Translations under genes and position numbers: made by a program
DNA from: Octopus sinensis
Taxonomy: Eukaryota
Assembly (NCBI RefSeq): GCF_006345805.1
Contig: NC_043005.1
Location: 93,620,001 to 93,684,000, forward strand
Direction: 5' to 3'
DNA: 64,000 nucleotides
The notes under the pieces: generated by a model
The model's database searches: none
The model's input: the letters and a program-made list of their open reading frames with translations, nothing else
Told to the model about the DNA's origin: nothing
Shown: piece after piece, positions 37,401 through 50,995 of the stretch
How the letters are laid out: each line of letters starts with the position of its first letter
Numbering within the stretch: position 1 is the stretch's first letter

Positions 37401-40400
37401 GGGTTTCAGCCCAGCCACTGCCATGGCCAGGAGTTTCTGTAAATATAAAACCACAATGATTATTAATCTTGTTTCAAAGTTAGGCACAAGGCCAGCAATT
37501 TTGGACAAAGAATTAAAGAAATTCCACTATTTTGTCCAACAATTCTACCCACTCATTTCAATAAAATCCTCTTTTACCATGGTTCCTTACCCAAAGCATT
37601 CACTCTAATAACTCCTGTACAAGTCAACAAAATATGCACTAGATGTAACAAGGCATGTCAGTGTATCATATCCATATCTGGCTAAATGCATACATTTCAA
37701 ATAGCTGTACATCTAGTATTTTTCATACCGATATGCTTAAGATGAGATCCAATGAAGATTATGTTATAAGCAGATAATTGGGAACTAGCCTTTACAGCAC
37801 ATTGTCGCTAAATTTGACTTCTCCGATGAAGCAAAATAAATATGACCACCACATAATAAATCTGATCACCATTTTTTTTTATAAATGTGAATTTGTAACT
37901 AGTTTTAAATATTTAAGGCCTGTTTTCATTAACCACTAAATTATGAAGTGGAATCATTATCATCTAATCACTGAGAAAAGAGAGAGGAGATGGAGGGTAG
38001 ATAATAGAGAAAAAGAGATAATTACCCCTTTCTGTCTTTGGTGTCTCATCCCATCTATTTCTGCGAGCACTTGGTGTCGCCTGGTGTCCGGGAGTGTCCC
38101 TCCCAGGTGTAGCAGCACCAGGTGTGGCATGACCAGGAGTCGCTTCCCAAGCTCGAGTACTCGCACCAGGTGTGGCACTGGGTGTTTCTCCACCCTTACT
38201 ACGACCTGGGGTTTCGTCCCAGCGAGTGCTGGAAGGGGTATTTGCTGTAGCTTCTGCAGCATCCCAACTGGAACTTGATGTCTTCTTTGCTGGTGTGCTG
38301 TCATCTGTTGCTTGATCCCATCGCCGTCTCTTCACCGGTTGTTTCTGAGCCACAGCAGCTGCTGCCGCCGCCGCCGCTGCTGCTACAGATGCTGATGTAC
38401 TTGAAGAATCTCCTGACGAACCATTGACTGCATGCAACTCTCCTGATTTGGCCTTCTCTACCAGTTGTTGCCGTAAAGCAGCCTGGAAATAAAGAAATAA
38501 TTCTTATGATAATGGAGCTTATATAGAGAGGAGGAAGGGACAGACAAACACAGAGAGAGAGAGAGAGCTTTTGTGTGCAGCAGATGCACAGGAGCAATAA
38601 ACACGAAGATGTTCAGAAAACAGATTCCATCACCTGCCAGGAGGAGAAACTAGAAGTAGTTGATTGATTCCACTACCTAGGTGACCAAGTCTGTAGTGGG
38701 GGTGGATGCTCTGATAGTGTTGCCACTAGAATAAGAATAGCCTAGGCAAAGTTCAGAAAGCTCCTACCTCTGCTGGTAACAACGGGCCTCTCACTTAGAG
38801 TGAAAGGTAAACTGTATGATGCATGTGGGTGAACAGCCATGCTACATGGCAGTGAAACATGGACCATGACTACTGAGGACATACATAGGCTTGAAAGAAA
38901 TGAAGCTAGTATGATCTGCTGGATGTGTAATGTCAGTGTGTACACACAACAGTGTAAATACCCTGAGAGAAATGTTGGACATAAGATGTGGTGTGCAAGA
39001 GAGACGACTGCACTGGTATGGTCATGTGCTGCATATGGATGAGAAGAGCTGTGTGAAGAAATGTCACTCCCTAAGAGTGGAAGGAGCCCGTGGAAGAGGA
39101 AGACCCAGGAAGACATGGGATGAGGTGGTGAAGCATGACTTTCAAACGTTGAGCCTCACAGACGCAATGACAGGAGGCTGAAACCTTTGGAGATATGCTG
39201 TGATTGAGAAGACCCGACAAGCTAAGTGAGATCATAGCTGTAGCCTATACCAATGTTGCATAACCAGCCCATTTAAAAGTACCCTTGAATCATCTGGTGA
39301 TATGCTGCGCTTGAGAAGCCCTATGAAGTAAAATCAAAATCAAATCAAGATCTAAATCAAAATGGATATTTGTAGTTGAGGCCGATGCCAGTGCTGCCTG
39401 ACTGGCACCAGTGCTGGTGGCACGAAATAAGTACCATTTAAGCATGTGTTAATGCCAATGCTCCTTGACTGGCTCCACATGACAGTGGCACATAAAAAGC
39501 ACCAATCAAACGTGGTCAATGAATGTGGCTGTGGATTTCATGTCACAAATTAACTGATAATCATTAAACACTCCATCTCTGACCTTGCATCTAGCAACAT
39601 GAAGGTCATTGGTATTCCAAAGTCAAGTAATTGTTGGGGGTGTCATTGTTTTAATGTCAACTTTTCCATGCTTGGATGGATCAGAAGTGACTTTGGTGAG
39701 GCAGGATTCTTCAACAGCTCATCCTCTCACTAACCCTCACCTGCTTTCAAGCAAGGTAATATTTTCCTTGACTCATGCAACACCAAACAACCTGGACATA
39801 TTTTCCTGGAGGATTGTTAACAAATAATAATGATTGTAAAAAAAAAAAAGAGTTGCTGTTCCCAAATAGTGTACATATGTTGAGATAAGGGAATACACAC
39901 ACACACACACACAGATGGACTGCTTCCAGTTACCATCTACTGAATTTCACTCACAAGCTACAAGTCAACCCATGGCAATGGACATCAACCAACAGTATCC
40001 ATGCAGTGAAAGCTTCAAACCACATAGTTCCTGAATGAACTTCTTAACCACATAACTACATATTTTGTAAAAGCTGATGAGAGAAAGAAAAACCAAAGAA
40101 CATTGTTCTCTTAATGACATGCATCAATATCATGTGCAAGTTTAAGATTCTGCTCTTTATTGAAGGTTTATTATCAAAGAAGTGAAAAAAAAGGAGACAA
40201 AATAAGCATGAGATATGAAAGCCACAACCTACCTGTTGGTGTGTGAGTCGTTGTTCAACCATCACATCAGAGAAAGTTCGTTTGTTCAGTTTTGGATCAG
40301 GAGTTTTGCCGCCTGAAAAAGAAAGCAAACAAGGTCACGACAAGATGCCGTGACAAATAAATTCATGTGTAAGGAAATATGAAAACACCTGCATTGCAGT

Positions 40401-43400
40401 TATCATCTGAAGAACACCTCCAGAAACCATTCCAAGCATTAAATCAAGTCTTGCCCTTCCAACAATATACAGTATTACAATATTGGAAAAGTTTAGAGAA
40501 ACATAGCAATGAGGAAAAAAGACACAAGACAGAAAGCTTAGAACTAAAAAATTCCTTCGCTGTAGCTTTGAAAATAATTTTACTGAATTCTTTATCACAA
40601 ATCCTGAGATGCTATCCTTGTAAAATAATCAAATGAGCTACAAAAAAAACTACCTTAGACAAAAGAAAGAAGGATCTGCAAATAATTTACATGGTATAGA
40701 TACCAAGTTGGAACAAAATAGATCCTAAGAAAGAATTTCCAATGTTGCCCCTGTAAAACTCTGGCCTAAGTAAACAAACTTGAGCAGGGATTTTGATTAC
40801 ATTAAGTTTTATGAAGAAACATATTTAAAAGATAAGAAAGTTATTCTGGCTAGAGAGGTGAAGTAGTCAGTCTTGGAAGAAGAGAAGTATGCATTTGTGA
40901 CAAATAATTAGATAAGCAGGTCACTGTCGGTCCCACTGGAATGGAATCATTCAGTTAACTTCCCAGCAAATAGTGTGTTTGGTTGGTTGCCTGAGAGTTA
41001 GGACTCTAAAAGTGTCATCTTGGCAACAGTGAGAGAATAAATAGCTTGAAAGAACTCTAGCCTTGGTATTCAACCAAAACAAGGAAAGACTGACAGAAAA
41101 AAGTATAAATCATTGTTTATGGAGCAATTTTTAAGTAACAACATAATATATAAAACAAATTTTTAAATGTTTGAAACTGATTGCCACATAAGTGAATTCA
41201 ATATCATTAAATAGATCCACTTCTCATATTGGAAAGAGTCAATCTTGTTAAACTGAAATTAATTTTCAAACTTTATCAGTTTATTTAAGAAAATACCATA
41301 GATTGGCACCTCACTCTCTTGTATGAATTACATACCACAAACCTGAGGTAATTTGAAATGTAAAGAAGATAGATTATTGAGATTGAGATAATAACAGTTA
41401 TTGTTTAGCCAAAAGTAATTTCTGATTGAGTAGACTTATGATGAAAGGCATTCCAACAATGACCATCTAGTCTTTTTCCTATGGGTAGGAGATACAGAAC
41501 CCCATTATTCAATGTATCCTTTTCTAAGATGGTAGGGTGCTATTTCTAGCAGGCTGAGAACAAAACTGGGGGCATCTTCTTTGGCTCAATAGAAATACAG
41601 TAAAACAAGGAGACCATTGAACATTTTATAAAAACGTGGCAACTTGAACAATTATCTTTTCCTTTAGCCCCAGGCTGACCAATACCTCACGGTAGCATGA
41701 GGGAAAGAAGATGTAGAAACAATGTGTGTGTGTGTGTGTGAAATGTACACACTTTTTCATGGTTTCATTATTTTTTTGTCAGTATTTTTTTACCCCATGC
41801 TGACACAGGTTAGGAGAGATTATTGAGGCAGTATTCTCCACACACACACACAGACAGACAGATAGATAGATAGAGACCAAGTGCCCTCCAAAATACCTAT
41901 AATACTGCCATCAAACAGAAGTTAGTAGATTCCAAATAGGGTGAAAACAGAAATAAATATGACCAGTCTAAAGGATGATACAGAATACAGGATTTTAACA
42001 CCTGACCTTTGAGTTAGTTCTTAATACCTTAAATACTGTTTAATGTGATAAACAGACAGAGCCCAAAGTGTTCAAAGTGATCTGTATTTATAATGTTTGT
42101 CAACTGTCAACTAATTCTATTAAGACTGAATATGTTTAGTACTGTGGACTTGCAAAACGAAACTAAAAAAACCAGCAGATAAGTAAGGATTTTGGTCACC
42201 AAACAGAAAGCCATTATAGCAAAATGAAAAACTTATGAAAACTGTGTAAGAAAGAGTAAACTTTTTCAATAAGTAAACAAATCATTGGAAAGGAAAGACT
42301 GATTAGCAATGATGTGATGGTTTTGGAAGAAGTGGAATTAAAGCAAGCATTTCCTCAGAGGGGAGATCAAATTTCATTAAATGCTACAAAAGTAGTTTAG
42401 AATGGGAAAGTAAAAAGAAATGCTTGCTCATTTCCCAGCATAAAAAAAAAATACTGTCTTCCTTTTACTATCATACGTACAGTGCAGCTTCATGAGTTAG
42501 TGCCATCTTCTGTTCGTGTCTGCTTTCATAAACACCAACCCTAAAATTAGTCTCAGATTAGTGTAGTTCTAGAAACAGAACAAGGAGAGGGTTTAAAAAA
42601 AAAATGAAGAAAAGGTTCCAGATAATTCTTCTTTTCCACCAATTCACAGCATGGAACAGCCTTGGCAAAAAAATTATCAAATATAATTTTTGTTTCTTAT
42701 TTACTTCCTCTCACCCCAAAACATAGAAATGTTGAGTAAGTTCAAAACTATATACATCTAGCATACGTGTACATCTTCTCTCTTAAATAAAATGAGAATA
42801 TCTTATAGAATTTTGCTTTTCCTACTACATGATGCTACAGAGAAACCAGATTGCATGTTTGTTGCAAAACTAGTTTGGGGGAATCATATCTTAAATATAA
42901 TTTTAGGAACTGCTAATTGCTATCAGAATAGGAAGTTTGAACAATCATCTCTCTTTCTACAACTTGGCTTGGAGAATAAATTTCTAATCTAAAGAGAACC
43001 AAAAAACACTGATTCTATCAAACTGATGCTAATTTCAGATTTTATGAAGTTTTCCTTTGCACCAGGTGAGAAAAACAAAATTACATATAGAAAATAATTT
43101 TGCTACTAATTTCATACACAGACTGCAGGCATGATTATGTGGTTAAAAAGTTTGTGTGCCAACCACCTGGTCTGAAGTTCAATCCTATTGGGTAACACCT
43201 TAGACAAGTGTCTTCTATCATAACCTTGGGATTGATTTGGTAGACAGAAACTGGAAGAAGCTCATCATATATGTGTATATATGCATGCACACACATACAG
43301 TTTGTATGTATGCATGCATAACTATGTGTGTATGCATGTTTCTACACTTTTCTGAAAATTCTCTCAGCCAGAGAGAGTGACTTTGCTGCCATTTCCTCTA

Positions 43401-43598
43401 TCAACAGGTCATCCACTGGTTTTGTGCCTTCGTAGATAATATAGGATATCCCCCACCACCAAAAAAAAGGTAAGGGGAAGCAACAAGAAGGGTATCCAGT
43501 TGCATAACAATGCTTTCTTGATACATTTGTCTAACCCAATGACAGCAGGAAAAATGAACGCAAAAACAAATGAATGAAAATATATATATGTATATATA

Positions 43599-43635
<37 letters not shown>

Positions 43636-43636
43636 G

Positions 43637-43667
<31 letters not shown>

Positions 43668-46600
43668 TACACATACACACATCCTATATACAGGGTGCAA
43701 ATGATATCCATTCACAGCTTTCAGCTGCTAATTTTGCACCAATTCTTTTTACTTTTATTGTTAGCCTATTTTTCTTAAAAACAAGAACCATTTTTGCTTT
43801 ATTTTTTTTTTTGCAGAATAACTAACATGTGGCTCACTGTCTCACCCAGAATCATGCAGATGGAATTTCCAGCAACAATTATGATCTTTGATGTCATCAG
43901 CAATGGTGACGTCATGCTACCCCACTTCTTCCCAAGAAACTCAGGCCAACAAACACCAATGACTACATTCATGTTCTGAGCAAGGTGGTAAAGCCCTAGA
44001 TCAAGTGGGAAGCTGCAGGGAGGTCATATGTGTGACAACAAGACACTGCACCCTGCTACACCAGCTGGAAGATCCAGGCCTAGCTGTCAAAGAATTTCTT
44101 TGATTACACAGCATCTCATATTTGGCCTCCCAACATACCTTACTGCAACCCTCTTGACTTCTTTGTGTGGGTCATGGTGGAATGAGAAGCCAACACATCC
44201 AGCTGCAACATGAAGAACAAGCTGAGGGCCAGGATTACCAGGGCCTTCAGGGATCTAAAACAGGAGAAAGTGACAAAAAATCTGTGGCTGGTTCCAAGGC
44301 TGCCTGGAAACTGTCATCGAGGCTAAAGGTGGTTTCGTCAAATGAGATCGACAGAACATGTCTTCATGACAAACTGAACTAAATTTGACTAATATATCTC
44401 AAATATTATAAATACTTATTTCTGTCCTGGGACAGCCATCATGCAAATGAATACTATCTACACCCTGTACAGACATATATATATAAATGTCTTGAACATT
44501 TGGAGGTTGATACCAAGGAAAAGACTCAAAGGCTTATTTTATGGACAAACTTCTATGATTATATATACACATAATGTATATGTATAATGAAAATTGATGT
44601 ACTGCTACAAAAAGAAGAACTATATTTTATGGAATTAAAAACAAAAATTTCTCTTTTTTTTACCTTCTTTCAATGAAAGTAATTCACTTAAGATGATATG
44701 TTCAAAGAAAGGGCTGACAAAATTATAGAAAGTAAATCACTGAACTTTCATTTTAGCCAAAAAAAAAGGTTTAAGTAAAAAATTGTAAACTGACAAATCT
44801 AATTGACAGAGATCAATGGTGACAGCAATAGTGAGGCATCACCAGAAGTGTTTGGGACTGTTAATTACACTGGTAATTCAAGTAGTTGGTAAGCACTCAG
44901 CCTTTCTATAGCAACATGTAGTAGACACTAAATAAGATGTGAATTACACTACAATTGTTATGTATCCTATATTGGTGAATTGTTGTGTTTCTTATTTTAT
45001 CATGGATCAGGTTAATTAACTTTTTTTTTAAATCACCTAGTTTTTGCATTAAAAAAATTAAATTAAATTAAATTTGCAAAATCCAATCTTAATATTAAAG
45101 GTTTGACAACAACAACAATGCAGAAGGAAGGGCACCGAGGTGAAAGCACCTCACATGATAGATGTCGATCAGGCACCAACGGCAGCAAGGCATTCCAGTA
45201 GCTAGAAAGGAAAGATACATTTAATTAGTACCCAGATTTTTTAAGTTGTACATCAGTTAGTGGCACTAGTGCCACAACACTGAAGGAGTAGCAGTACTGT
45301 CTACTTCATGCAGTCTTTTTAACAGCAGCATGTAAAACACAGCAGGTGATACACATTTGCAGTTGTCTCTTGAAACAGATTCTTAACTTCAAGTAGCTTT
45401 AATGATGGAGCCCTGATTAGTGTTCTATTTAGTAAATTGAGATAGAATTTTTTTTTTCCATTTTAGCTATAAAAGATTAGGCTTTTTTTTCTTCTCCTTC
45501 ACCAATGTTTTAAGAACAGAACATCAACCAATAAAACAAATATTTTTGAGATATTCTGGAAGAAAATCTATTGATACTTTAAAAATGATTTATAACCACA
45601 GATCCTTTTGAACTTTTTCATTAAGGCTCCATAAATATTCTCAGAAATCTAGAAAATTTCATAGAGCCATACAGAACCAAACAATTATCAATAAGATACC
45701 TTAAAATATCCATCTAACAAATAGTGACCAAATTTGAATGTAAAACCTGAAATTTCCAAACAAGTCATCAGACCTGTCTATAATTAATATCCCCTATTAT
45801 CACCTTTCTTCATACCTTCCCCCCACCACCACCACTATGTCATTCAATATTGTTATCTGTCACTCTTTTTCTCAGCATCACCAGTCTTATATCTCTTTTA
45901 CAATACTTGCTCCTCTATCACTCCTAAAACTCCTTCCTCCTCCACAAGCTAAATTATTATTCTCTCTTCCTCATTCCCAATACTTCCCCATCATGCACCC
46001 ACTTGCTCTGGTTCTCCCTGTATCATCACTCACTCTTCTATTCACTCCCTCAATCACATTTGGAGATATCTTAAAGTAAAAGCTCTGTACAGGGTTACCA
46101 GATTGGGCTAAGTAACATAATGCTACTTTTCTGGACTTCATGCTTCTATTATTTTTAATTTGGGTTACTAGCTCAAGTAAAATCATAATTTTGAAAGGTA
46201 AAAATCCAAATGAATATCATATTAAATTATCAAGTAAATTAGAACTGAACTGCAGACAATCTTTGTATATGCATGTATGTGTGAGTGTGTATGTTTGTGC
46301 GTATACCATTCAAACACATTCTAATTTACTAAAAAAATTTTCGTTTTGGAATACTTTCCAACATAATCTGCAACTATCTGGAGAAATTTGTTCTACATTT
46401 TATGTAATTAATCTGGCAACCCTGATTTTGCAGGAGACTTGATAATTATAACCAGTAAACTATGAGCAGTGGTTGGCAAATGAATGGACACAACACGTGG
46501 TTGAGAGGAAGCTTTGGTCTTTTTAAGGCCATGTTAACCTCTTTTGCATTGATGCCATGATAAAATGTACCAGGACATTCTGTAAAGTGGCTGGTACCCA

Positions 46601-49100
46601 AGAGAAGCCATGCCAAAATTGGAACATGTCTCAGATGTTAGTAATTCTAAATAAGAACTGACATGGACCAAGATAACAAACCCAATTGTTGAAGAGGTGG
46701 AGGAGGACAAAATTTACAAGTAAAGTAAAATATTTTTTTTACAACAGTGGATAGTAACAAGATTGAATTTTCATGATTGACATCAATCCCAAAATTGAAA
46801 CATCAAAGGATGTAATAATAAGACTAAACAGAGATGGATCACACTTCTCTAGAACTTTAAAAACCTGCTCAGCACTAACAAGAAATGTGATAAAATAAAT
46901 CTAAATGACAAACATATGAAAACAAGTTGTATGCACAAGTGTACAAATGAAATTAAATAGACATGCCAGTATTCAGCTTCCAACAAAGGAAGTTTTATTT
47001 ACAGCTTTATTTTGAACGTGATAAGGAAAATACTAAAGAACACAAATGTATGAATTCTTGTAATTAAAGATAATTCTCTTTCTGCTTACAAATAAAATTA
47101 TCTAGAGATAGGGAAGTCAACAGGTATGACCCTAGTATTTTATTAACAAATAGGATTAACCGATGTAAGAACAAAAGCAAAATAAAATAAAAGCTAAGCG
47201 AAATGGAAAGTATCAAACCAGATACACGAAATGATACAGTCCAGTATCTTACCATTTCAACCAACTCATCTACTCTAATATTAAACATGATATTAAGTAG
47301 ACTGCTGGATGGAGTTATAAACCCACTGGTCACAAAACACTTGCATTCTTCTAGCTTTCAAAGGATGCCACACACACTCACTAAGCAGGTAGGGGACATA
47401 TTCCCCCGGAACAATATATGAGTGTGTTGCAGATGAGTGAAGTATTTCACTCGAGAACACAATGTACGGCTGGTCTGAGAATTGAAACTACAACCTCGCA
47501 ACCATGAGTGAAACCACCAAGCCATGTGCCTTTACAATATTAATCATAATATAAGATAAAAAGGTACAAAGTCTAGTCTTGCAATGCAACAACATATTTA
47601 ATATTAATGCATAAAGAGGAAAGAGAGGAATTGGAGCAAACAGCAAACATAATAAAATATCTACAAGTGCTGCTTATGTTTTCAATCATTAACGGCCTTT
47701 GATACGACTATAACTAACTTTGATATTATAACAGATGAAGAAAATTCAAAGAACTAATTAACAAGCCACAGACATAAAACATATTAATTTATACAAGGCA
47801 AAAGTTGACAGAGACTTCAAAGCACTGGCTTATTTGATATAACCAGGCACTCACAAATGTGGAAGGAAGTAAATGACAACACCTTGAGAAGACCAATTAC
47901 TAATTCAAATACCTCTCTGCAACCGCAGAAAAACTTCATCAGAGCTTGCTGCAAATTTCAATGAAGCCTGCACATTAAAAATATCACCAACAACAGCAAA
48001 AAGATTTCAAGAGCACAGTCTCAAAGACTGTTAAGCAAGGAAGAAACTTTGAATTTCTCAAGTGAGCCAAACATTTTTGGCTCCAGTGAGCCAAAAATCA
48101 TAAAAACTGGAATCTTACACAGTGGTCAAATGTCATCTGGTCAGATGAAAGCAATTATCAGGTTTATAAACTGAGCTATACTCGTTTTTTTTTTCTAATC
48201 CTGACTTGCAATGAATGATGTTCTAAAGGCGAAGTTTAAATCATTTTATCCAGATTTTCAATACACCTGGCACAACTTATGTGACGAGAAGAGTTGGAGA
48301 GACCTATAATCCTGATTGTGTGGTGCCAACAGTGAAGCACAGTGATGGTTCCGTCATGGTATAGGGATGTATGTTCTCAGCAAGGACAGGAAAGATTTTT
48401 TGTGTGATGGAAGAATGAACTCCACAACCTACACTGCCATGCTGGATCAAGTTTTGGAGCCATTTACTCATCAATTGCTTCCAAATACACCTAAAAAGGA
48501 AGTATCATTCCAAGACAATGCACCTTACCATACTTCTCGCCAAACAAAAAAATTGGTTCCAAGAAGAAGGCTTTACTCCATTGGAGTTGTTATCCCTGAC
48601 CTAAATCCTATTTAACATCTTTGGAAGGTGCTTAGGAAGGCAATTAGAAGCAGCACAATTATTTGAAACTAGAAGAGTATCACAACCTCATATTATCCAT
48701 GCCACGATGAATCAAGGCAGTCATAAAAGCCAAATCTGATACACTAAGTATCAGATTACTGAAAAATAAAATAAATCATTTTTATACTTTTATTGTCCTA
48801 ATTTAACCATATACCTTAAACGTAATTAATTTTGATGGATGCTTTATACTTCTGGCCAAGGCAGTATGTATATCACCATCATATATACACACACACAAAT
48901 TTTATATATGTGCACACACACACACACACATATATATATACATATGCACTTTAGCAGTGTAACCACATGTGCCATTGGCAAATGAAGAGCTATGCTCGAA
49001 ACATCAAACTCTCTCCTTTCACCAAGTGTTGACCGTTTTTATTCATTTATTTGAATTGTTTGTTTATTTGGACTATATATATATATATATATAACACCAC

Positions 49101-49164
<64 letters not shown>

Positions 49165-50269
49165 TATACATATATATACACACATATACATATCATCATT
49201 TAATATCTGTATTCCATGCTAGGATGGACTGGACAGTTTGATAGAAGCTGCCCAGGTGAAAGGCTGTTCAGGCTCCATGTCTGTTTTGGCATAGTTTCTA
49301 CAGCTAGATGCCTTTCCTAACACCAACCACTTAACAGGGTGTGGACTGGGTGCTTTTATGCAGCACTGGTACAGGTGCTTTTTACATGGCACCAGCATTT
49401 ACAAGCCCACAAGATTAAGGATGCTCCACTAGAAGAGAGTTGCAAGGGATGAGACTGTATATATACATACATATATACCTACGCATACATACATACATAC
49501 ATACATATATATATATACACACACACACACACATACATTGAAGACAACGTACGAGCGTTCAGCTTTTGCCAAACAACCAGCACAAATTATTTATTTTTTA
49601 GTGACCAAATGTTCGTGCCACACATTAGCTCACTCCCTCCATCAAATCAAGGTGGCCTGAACACAAGCACAGGTGTACCACACGCCAGGTGGCATAGTGA
49701 TCACATTATGAGAGTGTTTTGCTCAAGAACACAATGCACCCCAGTCTAGGAACTGAAATCACAATCTAGCAATCATGAGTGCAACACCCTAACCACAAAG
49801 CCATACACCCTTACGTATATACATACACGAATACATATATATACATACATACATATGTACATCCGCATGTGTGTATGTATGTGTATATATACAAATATAT
49901 ATGTGTACGTGTGTGTATGTGTGTGTATTTATCAAGGAAAGCGGACGTTAAACGACGATGATGATGATGATGATATATATATATACATATAATCAGCCCA
50001 TTTAAGAGTACCCTTCAATCACTGGACCATAAACTGTGCTTGAGAAGACCCGTTGAATCAAGTGAAATCATTGTCATGGCCAGTACTGCCTGACTGGCAC
50101 ATAAAAAGCACCCACTACACTGTTGGAGTGGTTGGTGTCAGGAAGGGCATCCACCTGTAGAAACCTTGCCTGATCAGATTGAAGCCTGGTGCAGCTTTCT
50201 GGCTTACCAGTCCTCAGTCAAACCCTCCAACCCATGCCAACATGGAAAGTGGATGTTACACGATGATGA

Positions 50270-50306
<37 letters not shown>

Positions 50307-50948
50307 CACACACACATATACACAAACACACACCTATGAGAGAGCTTTTGTCCATATATCATATTTTTGAAAACTTTGAAAAAGTCGCAGCATAGTGTGG
50401 TCAACATTATTAAAATGAAAAATAAGGAAATTAACAAACTTTGATAGAATATCATATTTTCTGGAGAGAAGCTGACAGAAAGGCCTATTTGACTGCTGAT
50501 TGATAAAGAAAACATATTTTTCTACTTTTATGGTTTTATGAAAGCTCAACCAAAAATTAACACAAAGGAAATAATTACTTATAGAAGATGAAAGGAATGG
50601 ACATTTGCTATTCTTCACATATGGATGCAAAAATATCAAATTTCTGTCATGGCATGAAGTCTTAGATTTTCTAAAAAGGGAAATACAGAATTCCGACATT
50701 CGTAACCAATCTAATCATAAAGGAAAGCTCATACTGATAGATGAGGCAATAGTGTACAAGTAAAATATTAAAAAAGACCAGAGAAACATCTTCCAACAAG
50801 AAAAGAAGACAAATATATAAATAAAACAAAGAAAAACTTTTGTAAATATTTTTTGAATTATTTTGATTTCAGTTGGGCTCGTAACCAGCTAAAACTTAAA
50901 CTTAACATGTTGATGACCATGTGGGGCTAAACTGAATGAGGATTTCAA

Positions 50949-50995
<47 letters not shown>

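Noticed and set aside
37069-38304. Plus-strand ORFs overlapping SF3B1 exons
   Set aside because: Antisense shadows of GC-rich TP-repeat exons.
40650-40770. Additional cryptic exon near the 3' end of the large intron (AAG|GTAGTT with several upstream AGs)
   Set aside because: No clear branch point; indistinguishable from background splice-like motifs without transcript data.
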